This document shows, piece by piece, positions 40,861 to 50,385 of a DNA stretch of 64,000 bases. Source of the DNA: Thermoanaerobaculia bacterium. Its GTDB lineage: Bacteria > Acidobacteriota > Thermoanaerobaculia > UBA5066. The notes beneath the pieces are model-generated. The model was given only the letters and a program-made list of their open reading frames with translations, was not told the origin of the DNA and searched no databases. Positions within the stretch are counted from its first letter, which is position 1, and every line of letters starts with the position of its first letter. The translations under genes were made by a program, and so were the position numbers. Where the stretch lies: positions 7,793 to 71,792 of the forward strand of contig JBBRRY010000017.1 of the NCBI GenBank assembly GCA_038245905.1, in the 5' to 3' direction.

Positions 40861-41757
40861 GTGAGCGTCTCTGCATTCGGACTAACAGACGTCGGCCGTA
40901 AGAGGCGACATAACGAGGACGCGTACCTCCTCGATGCCGAACGCGGCCTTTTCGTCGTCGCCGACGGCATGGGGGGCCACGCGGCCGGCGAGGTCGCCTC
41001 GCGGATCACCGTCGAGTCTATTCAGGAGTACATCGCCGCCACCGAAGAAGAGCACGAGAGCTCGTGGCCCTTCGGCTTCAACAGCCGCGTGTCCGTCGAA
41101 GGGAACCGTCTGACGACGGCGGTCGAGAAGGCGAACGAGAAAGTCATGCGCGCCGTGCAGAACAGGCCCGAATTGAAGGGCATGGGCACCACGGTCGTCG
41201 CGGCGCTCTTCGACGCCGATCGCGCGACGCTCGTCCACGTCGGCGACAGCCGCGCCTATCTTTTTCGCGACGGGGAGCTGCGGCGCCTGACGGACGACCA
41301 CTCCTGGGTTCAGGAGCAGGTCAACGCCGGCATCCTCAGCGAGGACGAGGCGAAGAGCCACCCGCTCAAGAACGTCGTGACGCGCGCGCTCGGCGGCGCG
41401 GCGCACGTCTCGGTCGATCTCATCGAGGTCCCCGTGCGTCCGGGCGACCGGTTCCTTCTCTGTTCCGATGGCCTGACGGGCATGGTTCCCGACGAGGATC
41501 TCTTCGCCGCCTTCCGTTCAGACGGCCTCATCGAGAAGACGGTGCGTCAGCTCATCGACACGGCAAATGACCGCGGGGGCGTGGACAACATCACCGCGAT
41601 CGTCGTCCAGGTCGTTGGCGAGGCGGGCAATGATTCGGGGCGCGCCGCGAGCGAGCCGGTCCGGCGGGCTGTGTCCACGTCTGGGGAGAGCACGGCCGTC
41701 AATCTCGAACCGCCGGGAATGCCGCCGCGCGATTCCGATCCCGAACCGAAGAGCTGA
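40861..41757 (+). CDS. PP2C-family Ser/Thr protein phosphatase
   Basis: PP2C metal-binding motifs (VADGMGGH...GDSR...DGL). Confidence 0.8.
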   Translation: MSVSAFGLTDVGRKRRHNEDAYLLDAERGLFVVADGMGGHAAGEVASRITVESIQEYIAATEEEHESSWPFGFNSRVSVEGNRLTTAVEKANEKVMRAVQNRPELKGMGTTVVAALFDADRATLVHVGDSRAYLFRDGELRRLTDDHSWVQEQVNAGILSEDEAKSHPLKNVVTRALGGAAHVSVDLIEVPVRPGDRFLLCSDGLTGMVPDEDLFAAFRSDGLIEKTVRQLIDTANDRGGVDNITAIVVQVVGEAGNDSGRAASEPVRRAVSTSGESTAVNLEPPGMPPRDSDPEPKS

Positions 41758-44227
41758 CGCCGCTCTCGTCGTCGCCGTTCCGGACGGGAAGCTCGCCCGT
41801 CTTCACGCGCGCGAAGAACTCCCGGGTGGCCTGGCCGATCTCGATGCAGGCCAGCTCGCCGGGGTCGTCGAGATACCAGTCGTCCGGCAGGTAACGGCTG
41901 TAGGGCTCCTGGAGGAAACGCCGGCAGGCCAGGACGACGACGCCGGTATCCGTTCCCGACCGGATGAGGCGCCCTGCGCTCTGGACGACGCGCGTCATGC
42001 CGGGGATGACGTAGGCGTATTCGAACCCTCGTTCGAAGCGCTCCTCGAAGTAGCGGCGCATGCGCTCCTGCTCGAAACGGACCATCGGCAGGGCAGGCGA
42101 GACGACGACGACGGCCTGGAGCATTTCGCCGGGATAGTCCACGCCCTCGGCGAAGGCGCCTCCGGAGACGGCGAAGACGAGCACGGGCGCGCCGCCGTCG
42201 CGCATCGCTGCGAGGACCGAATTCCGTTCGAGCTCGGTCGAGCGGTCGGAGGGACGGAGCACGCGGCGGCCGGGGAGGGCGGGGAGGTGGGTACGCACCT
42301 CGTCGAGAAACCGGTAGGACGGAAACAGGGCGAGCACGTTGCCCGGGCACGCCCGCGCGACGTCCGCGACGAGAGCCGCGAGGCGCGGGGCGCCCCGCCC
42401 GCGCGCGGCGAACGTCGTGTCGACGTCCGGGGCGACGAATACGGCACGGTTCTCCCGCGGGAAGGGCGAGGGCAGGCGGAGTACCGTCGTGCGATCGGGG
42501 TCCAGCCCGAGGAGGTCGCGGTAAAACTCCGGAGGGGAAAGCGTCGCCGACATCGAGACGGTCGCCGCGGCCGCGTTCAGGGTCTCGCCGAGGAGCTTCG
42601 ACGGGTCCTTGCAGAGAATCGCGAGACGCGCGCCGCTCCTTCCGCGCGCGGCCAGGACGTCGAAGGCGGGATCGGGCCGCCCCTCCGAGGGCTGCGCCCG
42701 CTTGCTCACGTCGTGGAAGCGCGCGAACGTGAAGTAGAGCTCGAGGACGGGATCGTTCGGGACTCGTTCGCCTCCGGCGCGCAGGTCCGCGAGATGGCGC
42801 ACGAGAAGCGACTCGAAGTCGAGCCTGAGGTCGTCGAGGCGCGTCTCGTCCAGCGTCACGAGGCCCACGGGCTCGGGCTCTTCGTCCGAGAGGCCTGCGG
42901 CGGCGTCGGCGACGAGCCGCCGCAGGCGGCGCGCGGCCTCGCCCGCGTCCCACGAGGTCTTTGCGTTCGAGGCGCCGATCCGCTGCTCGAGCGTTGCGAG
43001 GGCGGCGTCGGAAAGTTCAGGTGAGTAGTATCCGCGCCCGCGGTCCACGAGGTTGTGAGCCTCGTCCACGAGGAGGAACGACTGCGCCAAGGCAGAAGGG
43101 TCGCGCGCCCCCGCGAGCGCCACGACCGGGTCGAAGACGTAGTTGTAGTCGCCGATGACGACATCGGCCTCTTCTGCGAGCTCGAGTGAGACCTCGAAGG
43201 GGCAGACGACCTCGTTGCGCGCCTCCTCGAAGACCGTGTCCGGGTCCAGGTGACGGTGGCTCTCGAGGAGCCGCTCGCGGAGACCCGAGGCCTCCATCTT
43301 GGCACCGTAGTCCTTCGCATACGCGCAGTGGTTCTCGTGGCAGAGGACGACGTCGTTCGCGCACATGCGCTCTTTTGCCCGGAGCCGCACGGAGCGGAAC
43401 GACTCGCCGTCGATGGCCGCGAGCGTCTTCATGTAGATGTCCTGCTGCGTCGTCTTGGCCGTGAGGATGAAGAGGCGCCGGTGGGATTCGAGAGCGCCGA
43501 CGAGGAGGGGATAGAGGGCGGCTGCGGTCTTTCCGATTCCGGTCGGGGCCTGGGCGAGGAGGTGTTCGCCATGCGCGGCCGCGTGAGCGGCCGCCGCGGC
43601 CATATCCCGCTGCCCGGGCCGGAACCGCGCGTGCGGGAAGACGAGCGTCGCGGCCTCGGCGGCCTTCGCCTCGGCGAGGGCGCGCTCCTCGAGAAACGCG
43701 TCGAGGAGGACTCGCGTGCGCCTGACGAGGTCGTCGAGCGTCTTCTCGGGCTCGTGCGGCACGTCGAGGACCTTCGTCGCGCCCGTCTCGATGTCCGCCA
43801 GGACGAGGCGGCCGTGCACGGAGCGGCCCTCGGCGGCGGCGACCGCCTGCATGTACCAGCGGAGCTGGAGCTGGAAACGTTCGAGGCGCGGGGAGCCGGG
43901 CAGCTTCCCGAGGTCTTCGGCGAAATGGAGAGATTTCACCTCGTCCACGACGACGCGTCCGTTCTCCTCGAATCGACCGTCGAGCCGGCCCTCGAGCACG
44001 ACCGTGAAGTCGTCCACCGCATACGTCAGGCGGATGGATTTCTCGACCGCGTATCCGGGGACGTTCGCGAGGTTCTCGCCGAGCACGCGGCGATGCACCG
44101 CCTGGCCGATCCAGAGCCGCTCGAATCCCTCGCCCCGGTCGAAGCCCGCCCGGCGTGCGACGCCGCCGAGGAGGGCCCCTGGAGAGAGCGCGATCGTTTT
44201 CTTCTCGAGGTCGACCGTCAGCGCCAC
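41699..44227 (-). CDS. dinG: DinG/XPD-family Fe-S helicase with N-terminal PD-(D/E)xK-like nuclease domain
   Basis: Walker A APTGIGKT, DEAH, 4-Cys cluster (CANDVVLCHENHCAY), helicase C motifs; N-terminal ~200 aa with D..VVVDEVKS and QLQLRWY (QhxxY) nuclease-like motifs; GTG start. Confidence 0.75.
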   Translation of the reverse strand: MALTVDLEKKTIALSPGALLGGVARRAGFDRGEGFERLWIGQAVHRRVLGENLANVPGYAVEKSIRLTYAVDDFTVVLEGRLDGRFEENGRVVVDEVKSLHFAEDLGKLPGSPRLERFQLQLRWYMQAVAAAEGRSVHGRLVLADIETGATKVLDVPHEPEKTLDDLVRRTRVLLDAFLEERALAEAKAAEAATLVFPHARFRPGQRDMAAAAAHAAAHGEHLLAQAPTGIGKTAAALYPLLVGALESHRRLFILTAKTTQQDIYMKTLAAIDGESFRSVRLRAKERMCANDVVLCHENHCAYAKDYGAKMEASGLRERLLESHRHLDPDTVFEEARNEVVCPFEVSLELAEEADVVIGDYNYVFDPVVALAGARDPSALAQSFLLVDEAHNLVDRGRGYYSPELSDAALATLEQRIGASNAKTSWDAGEAARRLRRLVADAAAGLSDEEPEPVGLVTLDETRLDDLRLDFESLLVRHLADLRAGGERVPNDPVLELYFTFARFHDVSKRAQPSEGRPDPAFDVLAARGRSGARLAILCKDPSKLLGETLNAAAATVSMSATLSPPEFYRDLLGLDPDRTTVLRLPSPFPRENRAVFVAPDVDTTFAARGRGAPRLAALVADVARACPGNVLALFPSYRFLDEVRTHLPALPGRRVLRPSDRSTELERNSVLAAMRDGGAPVLVFAVSGGAFAEGVDYPGEMLQAVVVVSPALPMVRFEQERMRRYFEERFERGFEYAYVIPGMTRVVQSAGRLIRSGTDTGVVVLACRRFLQEPYSRYLPDDWYLDDPGELACIEIGQATREFFARVKTGELPVRNGDDESGVSSSVRDRNRAAAFPAVRD

Positions 44228-44286
44228 GGCCGATTGTAAGGGCGCCCCGGATATCGCACGACGCGTTGTTCAGCTAAAATGCACCG

Positions 44287-45777
44287 ATGTCACGGTTTGC
44301 TCGGTCTCTCGTCGGCGCGGCTGTCGGTTTTCTTCTCGCTCTCGCCCCGGCCGCCGAGGGCGCCAGGAAACCTGCGAGGCCGGCGCCGCCCCAGACCCTC
44401 GAGCAGCGGTTGAACGCCTTGCTGCGCAGGGGCCCCGTCAGGCGCTCCGAGATCGGCGTCGTCGTCACACGACTGGGCGAGGCAGCGCCTCTCGCTTCCC
44501 TGAACCCCCAGCGGTCTCTCATCCTCGCCTCCACGACGAAGCTTTTCACGACCGCCGCCGCCCTCGACCGCCTCGGGCCCGAGTACAAGTTCAGGACGCG
44601 CCTCTATCGCGACGCGGACGTCGGCGAGGACGGCGTCCTGCCCGGTCACCTCGTCGTCATGGGAGGCGGCGATCCGGGAATCTCCGGCCGCTGGTACGAC
44701 GACGATCCCCTGGCCGTGTTTCGGCCGTGGGCGGCGTCCCTCGCGAAGAAAGGTCTTCGCAGCGTTCGGGACGGGCTGCTTCTCGACGTTTCATTCTTCG
44801 ACGACGTTCAGACTCATCCCGACTGGCCGAGCGAGCAGGAGCAACGGTGGTACCAGGCTCCCGTTTCGGCGCTCTCCTACAACGACAACATCGTCCTCGT
44901 GCGCGCGTCGGGAGGCCTTCGCCCAGGGAGCCCGGCTCTCCTCGGATTCGATCCTCTCGGGCCGCCTCTCCTGAATCTCATCTCGAACGTCGTCACCGCC
45001 TCGCGAAAGACGTGGGTCGGCGTGCGCCGCGAGGCCGGCAGCCACACCGTCGTGGCGGCGGGGCGCGTCGGCCGGAACCGGACGTGGGTCGGCGACGTGA
45101 CGGTGCCCGACCCGCCGCTCTATTTCGCCGCGGCCCTCTCTCAGGTCCTCCGTGAAGCCGGCATCCGGATCGACGCCCCGCCCACCGTGAGGACGGAACC
45201 GGGCACCCCGCTTCCGATCTCGGGTCGCGTGCTCCTCCATACTCATGAGACGCCGCTCCTCTCCGCGATCGCCGTGTGCAATAAGCGCTCGCAATCCCTC
45301 TTCGCCGAAGAGATCCTCAAGACGCTCGGCGCCGAGAAGCGTGGCCGTGGAACGTGGGAGAACGGCCGGGCCGAGGTCGCGGCGTTCCTGACCTCGCTCG
45401 GTCTCGACGCTTCGCGCTACCAGCTCGCCGACGGGTCCGGGCGCGCGCATTCCAACCGCGCCTCCGCGGCCGCGTACGTGGATTTCCTCACGGCGCTCGC
45501 GTCGCGCTGGAAACACTTCGAGACGTTCAAGGGCACGATGGCGGTATCGGGTGCACCCGACGGGACGTTGCGTCATCGCCTGCAGGGCGACGCGACGATC
45601 GGCAAGGTGTGGGCGAAAACGGGGAACGTGTCGGGTGTCGTGACGCTGTGCGGCTACGTGCAGGCCCAGAGCGGCCAGACGTACGCCTTCAGCATTCTCC
45701 TGAACGGCGGCGCCCGTGACGTCCGCGGCCACGCGTTCCAGGACCGTCTCGTGAGCGAGCTGGCTAAATTCGGCTAG
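44287..45777 (+). CDS. dacB: D-alanyl-D-alanine carboxypeptidase/endopeptidase (PBP4, peptidase S13)
   Basis: signal peptide; STTK active-site motif (ASTTKLFTTAAAL). Confidence 0.8.
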   Translation: MSRFARSLVGAAVGFLLALAPAAEGARKPARPAPPQTLEQRLNALLRRGPVRRSEIGVVVTRLGEAAPLASLNPQRSLILASTTKLFTTAAALDRLGPEYKFRTRLYRDADVGEDGVLPGHLVVMGGGDPGISGRWYDDDPLAVFRPWAASLAKKGLRSVRDGLLLDVSFFDDVQTHPDWPSEQEQRWYQAPVSALSYNDNIVLVRASGGLRPGSPALLGFDPLGPPLLNLISNVVTASRKTWVGVRREAGSHTVVAAGRVGRNRTWVGDVTVPDPPLYFAAALSQVLREAGIRIDAPPTVRTEPGTPLPISGRVLLHTHETPLLSAIAVCNKRSQSLFAEEILKTLGAEKRGRGTWENGRAEVAAFLTSLGLDASRYQLADGSGRAHSNRASAAAYVDFLTALASRWKHFETFKGTMAVSGAPDGTLRHRLQGDATIGKVWAKTGNVSGVVTLCGYVQAQSGQTYAFSILLNGGARDVRGHAFQDRLVSELAKFG

Positions 45778-46669
45778 CGCGCGACGTTCGGAACAGCGCA
45801 ATCTGCGTTTTCGTTCCCTTGGCTCTATACATTGCCGTATCGGCATTCTTGAAGAGAACGTCCGCCGTTCTTCCATCGGCGGGATAGACGGCAATGCCGA
45901 TACTGGCTCTTATCGAAAGCGTGGTCCCCTTCAACTCGCAGGCTTCGGCGATCCGAGACTGCATCTTCTGTGCAAGCCGCGTCACCACGGCGTCCTGCTT
46001 GACCTCGAGCAACAGACAGACGAATTCGTCGCCTCCCCAGCGACTGACCATGTCTTCCGCGCGGACGGAAGACCGTAAACGGTTCGCCACCATCAACAGC
46101 ACCTGGTCTCCCAGATCATGGCCATGAGAGTCGTTGATTTTCTTGAAGTCATCGATATCGATGAACAGGACCGCGAGCTTCCAGCCGTGCCGTTTTGCCT
46201 GGATCAACCCATGGTCGAGGCGCTGCTCGAATGACACGCGGTTCGGAAGGCCGGTGAGCGCGTCCTGAAGCGCGAGTTGTTGCGCTTCTTCCTCCTTGAG
46301 CTGGGATTTCGACAGATCGTCCCGCACGTCGGCCAGGTCGGTCTTCGTGTCCGCGAGCTCGGATTCGATGACGATTCGCTCAGCGACTTCTCTGGCGAGC
46401 TGGGCGTTGACCAGCTTCAAATCGTCCGCGGCTTTCGCTACCTTGTGTTCGACATCCTCGTTCTCGGCGAGAAGATGTTTGATGGTCTGAACAGGGACGT
46501 TGTCCTGCCGGAGGATTTCATTAACCGATGTGAGTTCAGTGGCCGCCTCCTTGACGGTGTCCTTGATCTTCTCGTTCTTCTTGAGCACGCCTCCAAGCGA
46601 AGCTCTCCTGGCGGACGCGTGTGGTTTCAGCCCTTTTGATCTTGACTTCATCACGAGCTCTCCATGCAC
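45764..46669 (-). CDS. GGDEF diguanylate cyclase with N-terminal coiled-coil; compositionally atypical (lower GC)
   Basis: GGDEF motif (RWGGDEF), D-box; GC visibly lower than flanks. Confidence 0.8.
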   Translation of the reverse strand: MHGELVMKSRSKGLKPHASARRASLGGVLKKNEKIKDTVKEAATELTSVNEILRQDNVPVQTIKHLLAENEDVEHKVAKAADDLKLVNAQLAREVAERIVIESELADTKTDLADVRDDLSKSQLKEEEAQQLALQDALTGLPNRVSFEQRLDHGLIQAKRHGWKLAVLFIDIDDFKKINDSHGHDLGDQVLLMVANRLRSSVRAEDMVSRWGGDEFVCLLLEVKQDAVVTRLAQKMQSRIAEACELKGTTLSIRASIGIAVYPADGRTADVLFKNADTAMYRAKGTKTQIALFRTSRASRI

Positions 46670-46683
46670 CCCGCATCAGTAAT

Positions 46684-46726
46684 CAGTTTACTGCGATTCT
46701 CGGACTCCTAGACCCGCAGTAGACTG
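46684..46726. promoter_or_regulatory. inverted repeat CAGTTTACTGCG ... CGCAGTAGACTG (11/12 match, 19-bp spacer) in divergent GGDEF/SpoIIE intergenic region; candidate operator
   Basis: seen in sequence. Confidence 0.4.
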
Positions 46727-46732
46727 GACGCG

Positions 46733-48019
46733 ATGGACTATCGCCTTCTCCTGAAGAACGTCGAGAAGACCCTCGAAGCCATCGAGGGCGGCGACGACGT
46801 GCTCGTGACGATCGTGAGCGTCGGCGAGGCGATCGTCCGGAACTTCCAGAGGGAGCTCGGGATCCTGGGCGGTCGGCTCTACGTGCGCCGGGAGAACCAG
46901 TACGTCCTCGAGCGGGGATTCGGCCGCTCGCGACGCGTCCCGACGGGCATCTCCGTTTCCGCCGAGTACGGCCCCATCCGCCGCGCGGAGGAAGACGGGA
47001 TGGCGCTTGCCGATCTCGACGATCCGTCCATCGACAAGGCGTTCGAGAAGAGCCTCGGCGTCTCGCGCTTCGCCGCCGTCTCGTTCGGTGAGGAGCGCTA
47101 TCTCCTCTCCTTCGACGTCCACCCGAGGGCGCGCGAAGAGGACCTCCTCCTCGCGCTCGGCATCATCCGGACCGTGGTCGACTCGAAGGTGCGCACGGAG
47201 CGCCTCGAGGGCCTCCTGCAGGACGCCCGGCGTATCCAGCAGTCGATTCTCCCGCGCGCGATTCCCCAGGTGGGCGACTTCGAGCTCTTCGGACTGTCGG
47301 TTCCGGCCGAGGCGGTCGGCGGGGACTTCTACGATTTCATTCCGCTCGGCGACCTGAGCTTCGGCGCGGCCATCGCGGACGCGTCCGGCCACGGACTTCT
47401 CGCGGCGCTGCTCGTGCGCGACATCTACGTCGGTCTCCGGATGGGGATCGGAAACGACTTCAAGATCGCCCGCACGATCGAGCGGCTGAACCGCATCCTG
47501 AACAAGAGCCGACTCACGACGAAGTTCGTCTCCCTCTTCTACGGCGAGTTCGAGACGAATGGCGACATCGTTTACGTGAACGCGGGGCACCCGTCACCCC
47601 TCCATCTGCATGCCGTGACGGGCTCGTTCAGCGAGCTTGCCTCGACGGGAATGGTCCTCGGCCCCGCGCCCGACGCCGTTTACAGCCGGCGGGCGGCTCA
47701 CATGGAGCCGGGCGACCTCGTGCTTCTCTATACGGACGGAGTCGTCGAGGCCCACGATTCGAAGGGTCGCGAGTTCGGGATGTCCCGGCTTAAGCGACTG
47801 CTCATCGAGGCGAGGCGCGAATCGGCGCGCGAGGTCGTGCACCGGGTCGTCAATGCGGCGCGCTCGTGGTCGCACGGAGCCCCCGTGGAGGACGACATGA
47901 CGGCCGTCGCGATCCGGCGCGTGCCGCAGCGGGCCGGCGACCGTCCGCACCGGTCGGGCGAGCATCCACGCGTCAAGCCCGAGACGACGCCTCACGGAAC
48001 CAGGCCGCGGTCCGCCTGA
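46733..48019 (+). CDS. SpoIIE/RsbU-type PP2C phosphatase with N-terminal sensory (GAF-like) region
   Basis: GGDFYDF, DASGHG, DGVVEA motifs. Confidence 0.8.
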   Translation: MDYRLLLKNVEKTLEAIEGGDDVLVTIVSVGEAIVRNFQRELGILGGRLYVRRENQYVLERGFGRSRRVPTGISVSAEYGPIRRAEEDGMALADLDDPSIDKAFEKSLGVSRFAAVSFGEERYLLSFDVHPRAREEDLLLALGIIRTVVDSKVRTERLEGLLQDARRIQQSILPRAIPQVGDFELFGLSVPAEAVGGDFYDFIPLGDLSFGAAIADASGHGLLAALLVRDIYVGLRMGIGNDFKIARTIERLNRILNKSRLTTKFVSLFYGEFETNGDIVYVNAGHPSPLHLHAVTGSFSELASTGMVLGPAPDAVYSRRAAHMEPGDLVLLYTDGVVEAHDSKGREFGMSRLKRLLIEARRESAREVVHRVVNAARSWSHGAPVEDDMTAVAIRRVPQRAGDRPHRSGEHPRVKPETTPHGTRPRSA

Positions 48020-48917
48020 GACCCTCGGCGAGACGGACGGGCTCCGGCAGGCCGAGGGCGGCCCGCCCTTTCGCGACGTCGAGGACGCTCCGGCGCTGCT
48101 CTCCAGGCTTGGCGGCCTCGTGCGGGGCCTTCGCGGAGGAGCCGCAGGACCGCACGACTTCGTCCCAGAGGGCGTTTACGTTCGTCTCGACGCCGGTCCC
48201 GACGTTGTAAACGCCCGCGAGGCGCTTCGAGGCCGCCGCGCGGTTTGCGGAGACGACGTCCCCGACGTAGACGAAGTCGCGGGAGTTGAGGCCGTCGCCG
48301 TAGATGACGCAGGGCTTTCCTTGGAGGAGGCGCGCCATCCAGATCCCGACGACGCCGGCCTCGCCCCGCCCGTCCTGGCGCGGGCCGTAGACGTTCGCGT
48401 AGCGGAGGGCCGTCACGAGAAGCGGCGTCCCGTGCGCGAGGCCGAAGAGATACTTCTCGCCCGCGAGCTTCGCGACGCCATAGGGCGACACGGGGTTCGT
48501 CGCGTGGCTCTCGTCGGCGGCGAATCCCTCGGGGTCGCCGTAGATCGCGCCGCCGCTGGAGGCGAAGATGATCTGCGTGACACCTGCCTCGATCGCAGCC
48601 TTGGCGATGCGGATCGTCCCGAGGACGTTGACCTCCGCGTCGAAGACGGGATCCTCGACCGATTTGCGCACGTCGATCTGCGCGGCATGGTGGACGATCG
48701 TGTCGATCTTCTCGGCTTCGAGGAGAGCCGCGAAATCGAAGTTCCGGATATCGCCTTCGACGAAACGGGCCGGGCCGGGGAGACGCGATGCCTGGCCCGT
48801 CGAGAGATCGTCGAGGATGACGACCCGCTTGCCTTCGGCCAGGAAGGCGTCGGCGAGATGGGAGCCGATGAAACCGGCTCCGCCGGTGACGAGGACGGAA
48901 CGCGTCTCGGGCATCAT
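47973..48917 (-). CDS. NAD-dependent epimerase/dehydratase (UDP-glucose 4-epimerase-like)
   Basis: TGGAGFIGSH Rossmann, YxxxK; internal MM start chosen. Confidence 0.8.
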   Translation of the reverse strand: MMPETRSVLVTGGAGFIGSHLADAFLAEGKRVVILDDLSTGQASRLPGPARFVEGDIRNFDFAALLEAEKIDTIVHHAAQIDVRKSVEDPVFDAEVNVLGTIRIAKAAIEAGVTQIIFASSGGAIYGDPEGFAADESHATNPVSPYGVAKLAGEKYLFGLAHGTPLLVTALRYANVYGPRQDGRGEAGVVGIWMARLLQGKPCVIYGDGLNSRDFVYVGDVVSANRAAASKRLAGVYNVGTGVETNVNALWDEVVRSCGSSAKAPHEAAKPGEQRRSVLDVAKGRAALGLPEPVRLAEGLRRTAAWFREASSRA

Positions 48918-49551
48918 GGGTGTGGAGGATAGCGTGCCCTCTCGCCGACCGCTCCCCGCCACCTTTTTCCGCCGCGACACCGAGGTCATCGCGCGTGATC
49001 TCCTGGGCTGCCGGCTCACGCGGCGGCTGCCCGACGGCACCACGCGATCCGTGATCCTGGTCGAAACGGAGGCCTATCTCGGCGTGAAGGACCGCGCGGC
49101 GCACACGTGGAACGGCCGTCGTACCGCCCGCGTCGAGCCGATGTGGGGGGCGGGCGGCCACGCGTACGTCTATTTCGTCTACGGGATGCACTTCTGCATG
49201 AACGTCGTAGCGGGCGAAGAAGGGATTCCGGAGGCGGTCTTGCTGAGAGCGGGGATTCCGGAGGGAGAAGAGAAGGTTTCTTTGAAGGTGAATAGGGGAG
49301 GGGAGGCGTCCGGGCCCGCGAAGCTGTGCGCCTATCTGGGCGTGACCACCGCGCTGTCCGGCGCCTCGCTCTCCGGCCCCGAGCTGGTCCTCTCGCGCGG
49401 GCCGCGTCGGCGGTTCTCGATCGTCGCCGGGCCGCGCGTGGGCGTGGACTACGCGGGGGAGGCCGCGGCGTGGCCGCTGCGCTTCGCGATGGCCGGGTGC
49501 AAGGCCGTGACGAAGCCCAAGGGGCTCCGTCCTTTCCGTGTCATCGCATGA
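48916..49551 (+). CDS. mpg: DNA-3-methyladenine glycosylase (Mpg/AAG family)
   Basis: AAG-family motifs (ETEAY, GPAKLC); contains element at 49213-49306. Confidence 0.78.
   Translation: MGVEDSVPSRRPLPATFFRRDTEVIARDLLGCRLTRRLPDGTTRSVILVETEAYLGVKDRAAHTWNGRRTARVEPMWGAGGHAYVYFVYGMHFCMNVVAGEEGIPEAVLLRAGIPEGEEKVSLKVNRGGEASGPAKLCAYLGVTTALSGASLSGPELVLSRGPRRRFSIVAGPRVGVDYAGEAAAWPLRFAMAGCKAVTKPKGLRPFRVIA
49213..49306 (-). repeat. element with internal direct repeat GGGATTCCGGAGG x2 then GGAGAAGAGAAGGTTTCTTTGAAGGTGAATAGGGGAGGGGAG, in mpg
   Basis: variant core TTCTTTGAA. Confidence 0.55.
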
Positions 49552-50383
49552 TCGCGATGACGTCGAAGAACGGAGCCGCGAGCCTCTCGTCCCCGCTCAC
49601 GGTGGTACGGCGTCTCGCCTCCTCGCGCGAGAGGCCGCCCGTGAGGATCCGCCACGCGGTCTCGCCGCCCATCGCGATGCGGGCCTTCGGCGAATCCGCG
49701 GGGCCTCTCTCGAGGAGCCAGGTGCGTCCCTCGCGGCGCAGCGCATAGACGCGGTCGACTGGCGACTGGGTCGCGATCTCGAGGGACTCGCCGTCGCTCG
49801 CGGCGACGTCCCGATACGTGAACGGCAAGGCGCGGGCGAACGTGTCCATTACGGGCCCCGCGTAGCGCGCTTCCAGAAGAAGCGGAATCCCTGCGGCGAG
49901 ACGGATCTGCTGTTGGTGGTGCCAGTGCTCGGTGAAATCCCGCGCGAGGTCGAACCATGCGGCCGACCGCGCCTCGCCGGCCCACGACACCGCGAAGACC
50001 GCGAACCCGAAGGGGTCCGTCGCGCGCGCGGTCTCCGCGAGGCGAGGGGCGGCCCATTCGAGGAGCTCGATCAGGACGCGAGGACTGAGCCGGCGGCTCG
50101 TCTCGACGAAGCCCGCGTTCAGGCCGTTCAAGAAGCGCACGAGGTCGTCATACCCCCGAATCGGGGTGCCCGGCGGCGGAGGCACGTGCCCGTCGCGCTG
50201 CGCCGAGATGCGGCGGAGCTGGCCGTCGAGGATGTGCGCGACGATCTCCTTGACGCGCCAGAGGCGGCTCGTCGTCGGGAGATCCCACGCGCCTGCCGGG
50301 AGGCCGCGGAGGACGCCGAGGAGCTCCTCCTGGAGCGGAAGGAACAAGTCCTGGACGAGCGTTGGGGCCAGCGGTCCTGCCAT
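49541..50383 (-). CDS. DinB_2/MDMPI-N-like putative metal-dependent protein
   Basis: HILDGQ...EHWHHQQQI signature; internal Met start. Confidence 0.55.
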   Translation of the reverse strand: MAGPLAPTLVQDLFLPLQEELLGVLRGLPAGAWDLPTTSRLWRVKEIVAHILDGQLRRISAQRDGHVPPPPGTPIRGYDDLVRFLNGLNAGFVETSRRLSPRVLIELLEWAAPRLAETARATDPFGFAVFAVSWAGEARSAAWFDLARDFTEHWHHQQQIRLAAGIPLLLEARYAGPVMDTFARALPFTYRDVAASDGESLEIATQSPVDRVYALRREGRTWLLERGPADSPKARIAMGGETAWRILTGGLSREEARRRTTVSGDERLAAPFFDVIAIMR

Positions 50384-50385
50384 GC

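Noticed and set aside
44246-44286. Possible TAAAAT -10 box 7 nt upstream of dacB ATG (leaderless transcript)
   Set aside because: No acceptable -35 at proper spacing; a single AT-rich hexamer by eye is insufficient.
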